Source: an uncultured Rickettsiales bacterium
GTDB lineage: Bacteria; Pseudomonadota; Alphaproteobacteria; Rickettsiales; UBA8987
DNA: 64,000 nt
Assembly (NCBI GenBank): GCA_964445765.1
Contig: CAYULD010000003.1
Span: forward strand, 76,571-140,570
Reading direction: 5' to 3'
Positions within the stretch are counted from its first letter, which is position 1. Each line of letters opens with the position of its first letter. The notes beneath the pieces are model-generated. The model saw only the letters and a program-made list of their open reading frames with translations, ran no database searches and was not told where the DNA came from. This document shows positions 38,254 to 47,160 of this stretch, piece by piece. The position numbers and the translations under genes are program-made.

Positions 38254-38902
38254 ATAAAACCTCTGGGTTTTCAAAACAAATAACATAAACTTCAATGCCA
38301 GCCTTGGCATAATATTCAACAGCACCTAAATATTTAGTTTCAACAAAATTAAAAAAATTAGAAGCAAAACTCTTAAATAATCTTACCCTAGCTTTTGTTG
38401 AGCTTATAAACAAATATTTTACTTTTAACTCTTTAGTTAATTCATAAAATTTCTTAAATGCAGCCATATAGTGATTTGGGTTTTTCCTGTAATCAGTGTG
38501 CATTGCATATCTAGAAACTTCACAATATTTATTATTTTGTAAATCCAAATCTGGAAAAACATTTTGATATGTAAATCCAAGCATTTCATTGGGTAATGAA
38601 AATTTTGCTTCTTTATTATTTGTTGTTACTCTAACCCCTGATATAAGTTTATTATTGTGAGTAACCCTTAAAAAATGACTATAAAAATCTCTTGGGTCAA
38701 TTTTTTTATATGCATCTGGTAAATTAAGCTCATTTTCATAATATTCGTCTATTAGCCCAGTATATTCCTTCAAAAATTTTGGATCTCTTGACCACTCATA
38801 TTCTATCTCGTCTGAGTTTTTTGTAAGTTCATTTGCAAAAATAGTTGTTGCTGAAAATTTTTCTGCAGAATTTTTAGTTACAGCTGTAAATTTCATATTC
38901 AT
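38243..38902 (-). CDS. GNAT-fold N-acyltransferase of the N-acyl amino acid synthase / OlsB / LuxI-like superfamily
   Basis: 219 aa. The central YCEVSRYAMHTDYR resembles the E.SR(F/L)A...(Y)R core of Acetyltransf_5-type acyl-ACP dependent N-acyltransferases. Confidence 0.5.
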   Translation of the reverse strand: MNMKFTAVTKNSAEKFSATTIFANELTKNSDEIEYEWSRDPKFLKEYTGLIDEYYENELNLPDAYKKIDPRDFYSHFLRVTHNNKLISGVRVTTNNKEAKFSLPNEMLGFTYQNVFPDLDLQNNKYCEVSRYAMHTDYRKNPNHYMAAFKKFYELTKELKVKYLFISSTKARVRLFKSFASNFFNFVETKYLGAVEYYAKAGIEVYVICFENPEVLYEK

Positions 38903-39036
38903 AAATCGAAGATATTAAAAAGGTTGATAAGTAGTATAAAAATTAGATAAAATTTTAGATAATTTTGAAGAAATACAAGATTTGTATTAATTTTGCAACT
39001 GCTTTAGTAACTTAAAGTTGAGTTTTTTGGGGATAT

Positions 39037-41709
39037 TCAACTGATTTTAGTTTTAAGATTATATATTTCTTCTAGTGCTTGCTTTGGCGATAAATTATCT
39101 GGTGAGAGATTTTTAATATATTCAATTAAAATTTTTTCATTTTCCCGTAGGGAATTTTTATTATTTTTTTGCAAAGTATTTATTGAAAACAAGGGTAAAT
39201 CCTCACTAAAAATTTTTGCTGGGTTATGCTGGTTATTTTTTTCTAAAATCTCAAGAATTTGATTTGCCCTATTGATAACTTTATTTGGAATACCCGCTAA
39301 TTTTGCAACATTTATTCCATATGATTTTCCGGCAATTCCGTTAATTATTTTATGAGAAAAAATTATCTCATTATTCCATTCTTTAGTTTCTGTTGTGTGC
39401 AGTGATATTTTATTTAGTTTTTCATTAAGCTCTGTTAATTCATGATAGTGTGTTGCAAAAATTGTTCTGCAACCGATAAAATTATGAATATATTCAAGCA
39501 CTGACCAAGCTATTGAAATACCATCATAGGTGGAAGTGCCCCTGCCTATTTCATCTAGAATTACTAGAGATTTACTGGTGGCATTATTTAGAATTGTTGC
39601 GGTTTCAACCATTTCCACCATAAAAGTTGAATGACCTTTTGCAAGATTGTCAGAAGCCCCAACCCTGCTAAAAATTTTATCTACAACCCCTATTTTTGCA
39701 TAAGAGGCCGGAATAAAACTTCCAATTTGAGCCATAATTGCAATAACCGCATTTTGCCTTAAGAAGGTAGATTTTCCGCTCATATTAGGCCCTGTAATTA
39801 GCCAAATTTTATCTTCTTCACTAAGCGAAATATCATTAGCAATAAATTTAATATTAGATAATTCTTTGAGATTATTTTCAATAACTATGTGTCTTGCGTC
39901 TTTCAAAATAAAATTTTCACTTTCATCAATTTCTGGCTTTGTAAGATTATGATTTTCAGCAAACTCAGCTAGTGAGGAATAAAAATCAATTAAAGCTATT
40001 GAATTTGCATTTTGCAGTATGTTATCAGTTGCTAATTTTATTTTTTCACAAATTTCTCTAAAGATTTCAATTTCTAGTGCAATAGCGTATGATTGAGAAT
40101 TAACAATTTTATTCTCAATTTCCCTTAATTCTTGAGTGGTATAACGAATATTATTCGCCAGAGTTTGCCTGTGAATAAAATAATTTGGGATTTTTTCAAT
40201 TTGTGTGGGTGTAACTTCTAAAAAATAGCCCAAAATATTATTATGCTTAATTTTTAGATTGCTAATTCCACTTTCATTGCGATATTTTTCAATCAAATTA
40301 TTTAATATGCTAACTGAATTTTCTTTAGTTTTGCGATAATCATCAAGTTTTGCATTATAATTTTCTTTAATAAAGCCACCTTCTGAAATGCTTGCTGGGG
40401 CTTGGTTTATAATCGCTTCATCTAGTAAGAATAAAATTTCTTGATTATCATATTTTTGAAATAGAGATTTTATATTACTTGGAATTTCAGAATGATAAGA
40501 ATTTATTAAATAGCAAATATCTAAAAATGCCTTAAGGCTATGTTTTAACGCTTCTAAATCTCTAGGGTTTGAGCGGTTAAGATGTATGCGAGAAATTATT
40601 CTTTCAATGTCAGAAATTTGTTTCAGGCAAGAAATAATATTTTTTCTAAAATCATTATTTAACAATAAAAATTCTACATTGTTAAGTCTAGTTTCAATTT
40701 CATTTTTATTTATTAATGGTTTGGAAAGTGCTTTCTGTAAAAATCTTGCACCATTTGCGGTTTTAGAAAAATTCATTACGCTAAATAGAGAATTTTTACT
40801 GCCCCCGTTTTGAGATTTGAATATTTCTAAATTGCTAAAACTTGCAAAATCAATTTCCATAAAGTCAGAATTGTTTGATTTTTTAGGAAATAAAATATGC
40901 GGTTTTGCATTTGGAAATGTTGAGCTTATATAATCCAGCAAAACGCTACAAGATGCAATTTCTTGGTTTTCAAGGTTAAGAGATTCTAAAGTTTTGATAT
41001 TGTAAAAATTTTTCAGTTTTTCTTTGCCTCTTTTTTCTGAAAATTGCGATTTATCAAAATTGCTAATTATTTTGCGATAATTATTAAAAATGGCGGAAAA
41101 AGACTTATCTGAAAATAATTCATCAGATATTAAAATTTCTTTAGGGTTTAATTTTTCAAGCTCAGAAAATAATTTTTCTTCACTGGTTTTCGTAACAAAA
41201 ATTTCACCCGTAGAAACATCACAATAGGCTAAATAAAAAACCTGCTCATTTTTATTAATGCAAACCAAATAATTGGCAAAGTAGCCTTCAAGCAAGTTTT
41301 CTTCAGTAATGGTTGCAGGTGTTACAATTCTTGTAACTTCCCTTGTTACAACTGCTTTATAGCCCCTTTTTTTCTTAGCTTCTTCTGGGGTTTCAGTTTG
41401 TTCACAAATTGCAACTTTATAACCTTTCTTTATAAGCCTTCCCAAATAGCCCTCGTAAGAATGATGCGGAACTCCACACATAGGGGTTTCAACCCCATTA
41501 TGCTCCCCCCTTTTGGTTAATACAATTTCAAGCTCACTTGAGGCAATAATGGCATCTTCAAAAAAGAGTTCATAAAAATCACCCATTCTAAAAAACAGCA
41601 GAATATCTTTATAATTTTTCTTAATTTCTAGATATTGTTGCATCATTGGGGTGATGCTAATTTGCTCTTCAGATGATGGTTTTTCTGTTTTTTTATCTAC
41701 CAAAGACAT
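39037..41709 (-). CDS. mutS: DNA mismatch repair protein MutS
   Basis: TPMMQQYLEIK, GPNMSGKSTFLRQ, DEIGRGTSTYDG. Start moved to MSLVDKK (ATG at 41709). Confidence 0.94.
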   Translation of the reverse strand: MSLVDKKTEKPSSEEQISITPMMQQYLEIKKNYKDILLFFRMGDFYELFFEDAIIASSELEIVLTKRGEHNGVETPMCGVPHHSYEGYLGRLIKKGYKVAICEQTETPEEAKKKRGYKAVVTREVTRIVTPATITEENLLEGYFANYLVCINKNEQVFYLAYCDVSTGEIFVTKTSEEKLFSELEKLNPKEILISDELFSDKSFSAIFNNYRKIISNFDKSQFSEKRGKEKLKNFYNIKTLESLNLENQEIASCSVLLDYISSTFPNAKPHILFPKKSNNSDFMEIDFASFSNLEIFKSQNGGSKNSLFSVMNFSKTANGARFLQKALSKPLINKNEIETRLNNVEFLLLNNDFRKNIISCLKQISDIERIISRIHLNRSNPRDLEALKHSLKAFLDICYLINSYHSEIPSNIKSLFQKYDNQEILFLLDEAIINQAPASISEGGFIKENYNAKLDDYRKTKENSVSILNNLIEKYRNESGISNLKIKHNNILGYFLEVTPTQIEKIPNYFIHRQTLANNIRYTTQELREIENKIVNSQSYAIALEIEIFREICEKIKLATDNILQNANSIALIDFYSSLAEFAENHNLTKPEIDESENFILKDARHIVIENNLKELSNIKFIANDISLSEEDKIWLITGPNMSGKSTFLRQNAVIAIMAQIGSFIPASYAKIGVVDKIFSRVGASDNLAKGHSTFMVEMVETATILNNATSKSLVILDEIGRGTSTYDGISIAWSVLEYIHNFIGCRTIFATHYHELTELNEKLNKISLHTTETKEWNNEIIFSHKIINGIAGKSYGINVAKLAGIPNKVINRANQILEILEKNNQHNPAKIFSEDLPLFSINTLQKNNKNSLRENEKILIEYIKNLSPDNLSPKQALEEIYNLKTKIS

Positions 41710-41796
41710 TGATGAAATAAATATTTTACAATTAAAAGAATATATCAAAAATTTGATTTCTCAATGTTAGAAAATTTCAAATAAGTTAAAAAATCA

Positions 41797-42630
41797 TTAT
41801 CTCTGATTAGTGCTTTCTTGTATGGTATCTGTTTTTTGAAGGTGCTCTATCATATGTCTTAGCCTTTCTCCAGCTATTGGGTGTGCTCTAGGCTGTTTGG
41901 GGCTTAAAAGATTAGATATTAAACCCTCAGGCTTTGGTAGTCTTAATTTAGGGGTTAAATAAAATTCTGCACAGGCTTTAACAGCTTCTGTGAGGTTTGT
42001 TATTTTAGGTTTTGCCTCACCTAAAACTTCATGAAAATGAATATTTATAAGTGCATTAATGTCATTAAAATTTTGAGTTGCAAAGCTATCGCACTCAAGC
42101 TCTTTTTTACGCCCCCTACTTGAAGTAACATAAATACTAGGTATACTTATTCTTAAAGAATCATTGTGAACAATACTTAGAACTGATGTAGCAAATGCTG
42201 TAATGGCAACCTCATTTGTTAAGAAGTTGCCACCAGCCAATTTAGACGCAATTGCACAGCTTGCTGTAATCAAAATAGGTGAATATCTAAAGAGTGTATT
42301 TGTTCTAGGCGAGAGAATTTTTTCTAAAAAAGATTTGCCGTCCAAGCTGTGTCTTAATTCGTGTTTTAATATATATTCACATTCCCCTTCATCTAACCGT
42401 GATGCAAAATTTGCAGAAAGATTTATTGTGTTAGAATCAGGTGAGTAACTTGCACCTCCTCCATAATTTAAAATTCTTAATTGGGGTGGTTGCCAGTCTT
42501 TTCTTCTATTTGGAATTGTATGTAAATTCTTCAAGGTATACTTAATTGCATTTTCATATGCTCTAAAAGCACTTGGAAAACTGCGAGACAAGTTTGCCGT
42601 TTCTGATATATATATATATATATATATCAT
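41797..42630 (-). CDS. HExxH metalloprotease-like protein (M48-like: HELRH ... ELECD ... HPIAGERL)
   Basis: 277 aa ORF starting with an ATG placed immediately 5' of an (AT)11 tract (MIYIYIYISETANL...). Two hydrophobic segments follow the HExxH motif. Confidence 0.6.
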   Translation of the reverse strand: MIYIYIYISETANLSRSFPSAFRAYENAIKYTLKNLHTIPNRRKDWQPPQLRILNYGGGASYSPDSNTINLSANFASRLDEGECEYILKHELRHSLDGKSFLEKILSPRTNTLFRYSPILITASCAIASKLAGGNFLTNEVAITAFATSVLSIVHNDSLRISIPSIYVTSSRGRKKELECDSFATQNFNDINALINIHFHEVLGEAKPKITNLTEAVKACAEFYLTPKLRLPKPEGLISNLLSPKQPRAHPIAGERLRHMIEHLQKTDTIQESTNQR

Positions 42631-42865
42631 TTTCAGGCATTTTTAAGGCACTTGGTCCGGAGATTATAAATTTATTTTTATTAAAATCTAATGTAGGTAA
42701 TCCCTTATATTTAAGGTCTACTTCAATTTCTGGAAATATCCAGCCATTCGGATTAAGAGGGGAGTCTTTGAGGGGTTCAAATTCATTTTTTGCTCTAGTG
42801 TAGGCATTATAAACTTTTGGAAAGTTTGATTTTAATTCGTTTAGATTTGCTTCTTCTAAAGCCAT
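42563..42865 (-). CDS. 100-aa ORF paralogous to the N-terminal module of the downstream HExxH protein; a frame-shifted upstream part or a separate small gene
   Basis: It reads through the same (AT)11 tract (..ENDIYIYIYI) in another frame and stops 22 codons later. Collinear similarity to the next ORF (ANL..SFP...AY..A....W..P....Y.G....N.I.LS). Confidence 0.45.
   Translation of the reverse strand: MALEEANLNELKSNFPKVYNAYTRAKNEFEPLKDSPLNPNGWIFPEIEVDLKYKGLPTLDFNKNKFIISGPSALKMPENDIYIYIYIRNGKLVSQFSKCF
42606..42627. repeat. (AT)11 dinucleotide microsatellite inside coding sequence
   Basis: Counted directly: g-atatatatatatatatatatat-c. Confidence 0.95.
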
Positions 42866-43037
42866 ATGATTTTTTTATTTCATTTGTATCATAAAATAAT
42901 TAAAAAATCGTTAAACAAGATGTGTGTTTTTTATTTTTTTACAGAATTTTTCTTAAAAAAACACTATAATTAACAAAATTTGTTGATAACATTTCTTTAA
43001 CCAGTCTAAATTGCTTCAAATAATCAAAGAAATATTT

Positions 43038-44162
43038 ATGAAAAATGCTGTAATTGTAGATTTTTTGAGAAGCCCATTTACTAGGGCAACTAAAGGCGAA
43101 TTTGCAGAAATCAGACCAGATGATTTAGCTGGAAGCGTTATAAAAGATATAGTTTCACGAAATAAATTAAAGGTTGAAGATATTGAAGATCTTAAAATGG
43201 GTTGTGCATTTCCTGAGGGGGAGCAAGGCTTGAATATAGGTCGTCAAGTTTGTTTTATAGCTGGGCTACCGATTTCTGTTGCGGGTGTTACAACAAATCG
43301 TTTTTGTGGCTCATCAATGCAAACTATTCACGATGCAGTTGGCTCAATTATGGCAGGTGCTGGTGAGTTATATATTTGTGCTGGCGTTGAATCAATGTCT
43401 AGAATACCAATGGGGGGCTTAAACCCCGGGCCTAACCCTGCTTTATATGAAAGCTATCCAGAAACTTATGACGGAATGGGCATTACCGCAGAAAGGCTTG
43501 CGGTTAAATATAAAATCTCTCGCAGGGAGCAAGATGAATTTGCTACTTTAAGCCATAAAAAAGCTGCAAAAGCTCAAGATGAGGGCAAGTTTGTTCAAGA
43601 AATTTCTCAATTTGGCGGAATTTCAAAAGATGGTTGCATTAGAAGGGATACTTCGCCTGAAACTCTATCTACTCTAAAGCCTGCTTTTGATGCGAAGGGA
43701 ACGGTTACCGCTGGAACTTCTTCGCCATTAACTGATGGTGTGGCGGCAGTTATAGTTGCAGAAGAAGAATATGCTCGGAAAAATAATCTTAAAATTTTAG
43801 CAAGGGTGAAATCAATAGCGGTTTCTGGTTGTGCACCTGAAATAATGGGTATAGGGCCAGTTCCTGCAACTAAGAAGGCTCTGCAAAGGGCTGGTTTGGA
43901 GCTTAAAGATATTGATATTATTGAGCTTAATGAAGCCTTTGCTGCACAATCTATTTCAGTCATTCGTGAGCTTGGTGCGGATATGAGCAAAATAAATCTT
44001 GATGGCGGGGCGATTGCATTAGGGCATCCGCTAGGTGCATCTGGTGCTAGAATTACCGGCAAAGCGGCATCTTTGCTTCAGCGTGAGGGTAAAAAATATG
44101 CCCTTGCAACGATGTGTATTGGTGGCGGGCAAGGTATCGCAACAATTTTGGAAAGGGTCTAA
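43038..44162 (+). CDS. fadA: Acetyl-CoA C-acyltransferase (3-ketoacyl-CoA thiolase)
   Basis: NRFCGSSMQ active-site Cys, NEAFAAQ, CIGGGQG. Start moved to MKNAVIVDF. Confidence 0.92.
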   Translation: MKNAVIVDFLRSPFTRATKGEFAEIRPDDLAGSVIKDIVSRNKLKVEDIEDLKMGCAFPEGEQGLNIGRQVCFIAGLPISVAGVTTNRFCGSSMQTIHDAVGSIMAGAGELYICAGVESMSRIPMGGLNPGPNPALYESYPETYDGMGITAERLAVKYKISRREQDEFATLSHKKAAKAQDEGKFVQEISQFGGISKDGCIRRDTSPETLSTLKPAFDAKGTVTAGTSSPLTDGVAAVIVAEEEYARKNNLKILARVKSIAVSGCAPEIMGIGPVPATKKALQRAGLELKDIDIIELNEAFAAQSISVIRELGADMSKINLDGGAIALGHPLGASGARITGKAASLLQREGKKYALATMCIGGGQGIATILERV

Positions 44163-44246
44163 TTTAAGCAATTATTAGTGCAAAGTGTAATTAATCTTTG
44201 TGCTTATTAATAACATGCACTTGAGATAGTAACTTGCACTGTAACT

Positions 44247-44669
44247 ATGGTTGAGCAACAATATAAACAGCAGGAAAATTTGGATAGTAAAATCCAAAAA
44301 ATTCTTGGTGTTGAAGAGGCAAAAAAAATTCACGGTATTTTAGAGGAGATTAAAGAAGCATTGGGAAAAGATTTTGATGTGCTTGTTGAGTTACTAGGGC
44401 AAGCAGAAGTTGAAAGTTTGGAGAAAGATACTGAAAAATTAATTGCTTTTATAGTTAGTAGCTTAAAAATTGATAAAAAATATTTGCTGAAACCTAAGCT
44501 CAAAAAGGCTTTATTGAAATATGTAAAATATATTAATGAGCTTACAGAGGGTATGAAAAAAAATTCTTTGCTTAATAAGTTAAGATCTTTTGGGCAAGAT
44601 ATTATGGAGATGATAAACCGCCAAGAAGTTGCTATAGGTAAAGGGCAAGATATTATGGAGATGAGGTAG
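44247..44669 (+). CDS. Hypothetical helical protein inserted in the beta-oxidation operon
   Basis: 140 aa, Lys/Glu/Leu-rich. The C-terminus carries a duplicated GQDIMEM encoded by a 22-nt direct repeat. Confidence 0.45.
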   Translation: MVEQQYKQQENLDSKIQKILGVEEAKKIHGILEEIKEALGKDFDVLVELLGQAEVESLEKDTEKLIAFIVSSLKIDKKYLLKPKLKKALLKYVKYINELTEGMKKNSLLNKLRSFGQDIMEMINRQEVAIGKGQDIMEMR

Positions 44670-44675
44670 TTTTTA

Positions 44676-44715
44676 CCCCTGCCCTCTCCCTACTTGTAGG
44701 GAGAGGGAATAGAGG
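44676..44715. repeat. Palindromic repeat, family B (perfect 11-bp stem ccctctcccta/tagggagaggg)
   Basis: Stem arms at 44682-44692 and 44697-44707 with loop cttg. Confidence 0.8.
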
Positions 44716-44752
44716 ATGGATATAATTATAAAAATAAAAAAAGGTCAAAATT

Positions 44753-47149
44753 ATGACAATAAATAAAGTAGCAGTGATTGGTTCTGGTGTAATGGGAAGC
44801 GGTATAGCTGCGCATATTGCGAATAGTAACACTAATGTTTTGCTCTTGGATATTCTGCCACAAGGGCAGGCTAATCGTAATGCGTTGGTTGATGGTGCGC
44901 TTGAAAAAATGCAGAAATCTGATCCTGCAATGCTTACGCACAAATCTAAGCTGAAATATATTCAAGTTGGCAATTTAGAAGATGACCTTGCGAAGCTGAA
45001 AGATTGCGATTGGATTATTGAAGTTGTGCTTGAAGATATAAAAGTTAAGCAAGAAACTTACAAAAAAATTAATCAGAATCGTAAAAAAGGATCAATTGTT
45101 TCTTCTAACACTTCAACAATTCCCCTAGAAAAATTGGTTGAAGGTTTGGGTTCTGAATTTGAGCAAGATTTTCTTATCACTCATTTCTTTAATCCGCCAC
45201 GCTATATGAAATTGCTGGAGCTTGTTTCTGGCAAGAATACTCGTGCGGATGCAGTGAAAGAAATTGAAGGGTTCTGTGATGTTAAGCTCGGCAAAGGTGT
45301 AGTGAAATGCTTTGATAGGCCGGGTTTTATTGCTAATCGTATTGGCACATTCTGGCTAATGCGCGCGTTAAATGAAGTGGTTGATACGGGTGCATCTATT
45401 GAGCTTGCAGATGTTATGATGGGCAAGCCGATTGGCGTTCCAAAAACAGGTGTGTTCGGTTTAATGGATTTAATTGGTATTGATTTGCTGCCGCTTATTG
45501 CTCGCTCATTTGCACATAATTTGCCTAAAGAAGATGAGTTCAATAAAATTTTCAATCTGCCTGCGACTATTCAGAAAATGATTGCTGATGGTTATACTGG
45601 CAGAAAGGGCAAGGGTGGTTTTTATCGTATTAATCCTGAATCAAAAGAGAAGAAGGAAAAGCAAGCGATAGACCTAAAAACTGGTGAATATAGAAAAGCA
45701 TCTAAGCCACGCCCTGCAAGTGCGGAAGCTGGCAGAAAATCTTTGGCGAATATTTTTGAAACTAAAGATGAAGGTTCAAAATATTTATGGCCAGTGTTGC
45801 GTGATACATTAATATATACGGCAAATTTAGTTGGTGAAATTGCATCTGACATCAAGCAGATAGATGAGGCGATGAAGCTAGGTTATAATTGGAAGATGGG
45901 GCCGTTTGAGATAATTGATAAAATGGCGATTGATGGTAAATCTGGTGCGAAATATTTTTCTGAAAAATTGAAATCAGAAGGTAAGCAAGTTCCAAAAATT
46001 ATTGAGCAAATCGGTGATGGCTCTTTCTATAAAGTTGAAGGCGGTGCTAAGAAATTCTATGCCAATAATAATTACAATATAATTCCATTTGATAGTAATA
46101 CTTTCACATTAGATGATATAAAAATCAACGCGAAACCAGTTCTTAAAAATGGCTCTGCCAGCGTGTGGGATATTGGTGATGGCGTGCTTGCGTTTGAGTT
46201 TACTTCAAAAATGAATTCGCTTGATCCAACAACTTTGGAATTAATAAATACGACAGTTGAAGAAGTTAAGAAGAATCACAAAGGGCTTGTGATGTATAAT
46301 GATTCTGACAATTTCTGCGTTGGTGCAAATATTGGCGTGCTTTTGTTTGCGGCTAATACTGCCGCTTGGAAGGAGATTGATGGAATCATCAAACAAGGGC
46401 AAGATGCATATATGAATTTGAAATATGCGCCGTTCCCAGTAATTGGTGCACCTTCAGGTATGGCTTTGGGTGGCGGTTGTGAGATGATGCTTCATTGTGA
46501 TGCAGTGGTTTCTCATGTGGAGTTATATTCGGGGCTTGTTGAAGTTGGTGTTGGTTTAGTGCCGGGTTGGGGTGGATGTAAAGAATTTGTTTATCGCCAA
46601 CTTAAAAAGCGTGCTGAAGATGATAGATGGGCTGCAAAATTTGGTGGTTGGTTTAGTTGGCTATCACCAATTAAAACGCTGAACACAATGCCGCCGATAA
46701 TTGAAACAATGACAAATATCTCAACGGCGAAAGTTTCAAAATCTGCTGAAGAAGCTAAGAGAATGCTTATCTTAAATGAAAAATCTGAAATTGTGATGAA
46801 TCGCAAACGCCTACTTTCACAAGCTAAGAAAAAGGCGTTAGAGCTTTCAGTAAATTATAAAGCCCCAGAAACTTATTCAGTTAATTTGCCGGGTAAAACG
46901 GCTCGCACAGCTATTGAAATGAAGCTTCGTGAGATGGAGAAAACCAATCAGGTTACGCCATATGATATGATAGTTTCTCGTGCGGTTGCTTATGTAATTA
47001 CGGGTGGTGATACATCAATCACTAAGCAAATTACAGAGCAACAATTGCTAGATTTAGAGCGTGAAGCTTTCATGGATCTTATCAAGAAAGCCGGAACGCT
47101 AGACCGTATCGAGCATATGCTTGATACTGGAAAACCATTGAGGAATTAG
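44753..47149 (+). CDS. Bifunctional 3-hydroxyacyl-CoA dehydrogenase / enoyl-CoA hydratase (dehydrogenase domain first, FadN-like order)
   Basis: VAVIGSGVMGSGIA Rossmann motif at the N-terminus, crotonase-like C-terminal half (GGGCEM), 798 aa. Confidence 0.88.
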   Translation: MTINKVAVIGSGVMGSGIAAHIANSNTNVLLLDILPQGQANRNALVDGALEKMQKSDPAMLTHKSKLKYIQVGNLEDDLAKLKDCDWIIEVVLEDIKVKQETYKKINQNRKKGSIVSSNTSTIPLEKLVEGLGSEFEQDFLITHFFNPPRYMKLLELVSGKNTRADAVKEIEGFCDVKLGKGVVKCFDRPGFIANRIGTFWLMRALNEVVDTGASIELADVMMGKPIGVPKTGVFGLMDLIGIDLLPLIARSFAHNLPKEDEFNKIFNLPATIQKMIADGYTGRKGKGGFYRINPESKEKKEKQAIDLKTGEYRKASKPRPASAEAGRKSLANIFETKDEGSKYLWPVLRDTLIYTANLVGEIASDIKQIDEAMKLGYNWKMGPFEIIDKMAIDGKSGAKYFSEKLKSEGKQVPKIIEQIGDGSFYKVEGGAKKFYANNNYNIIPFDSNTFTLDDIKINAKPVLKNGSASVWDIGDGVLAFEFTSKMNSLDPTTLELINTTVEEVKKNHKGLVMYNDSDNFCVGANIGVLLFAANTAAWKEIDGIIKQGQDAYMNLKYAPFPVIGAPSGMALGGGCEMMLHCDAVVSHVELYSGLVEVGVGLVPGWGGCKEFVYRQLKKRAEDDRWAAKFGGWFSWLSPIKTLNTMPPIIETMTNISTAKVSKSAEEAKRMLILNEKSEIVMNRKRLLSQAKKKALELSVNYKAPETYSVNLPGKTARTAIEMKLREMEKTNQVTPYDMIVSRAVAYVITGGDTSITKQITEQQLLDLEREAFMDLIKKAGTLDRIEHMLDTGKPLRN

Positions 47150-47160
47150 TAGGAGGTTTT

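Noticed and set aside
38254-38325. Long N-terminal extension of the TonB-dependent receptor (MLLNIMPRLALKF...)
   Set aside because: The internal ATG at 38253 gives a canonical signal peptide and a coupled overlap with the upstream gene. The extension would bury the signal peptide.
38243-38902. Calling the 219-aa acyltransferase a LuxI-type AHL synthase
   Set aside because: Only the generic E.SR...R core is visible. I cannot distinguish LuxI from OlsB- or FeeM-type N-acyltransferases by eye, and no luxR-like gene is adjacent.
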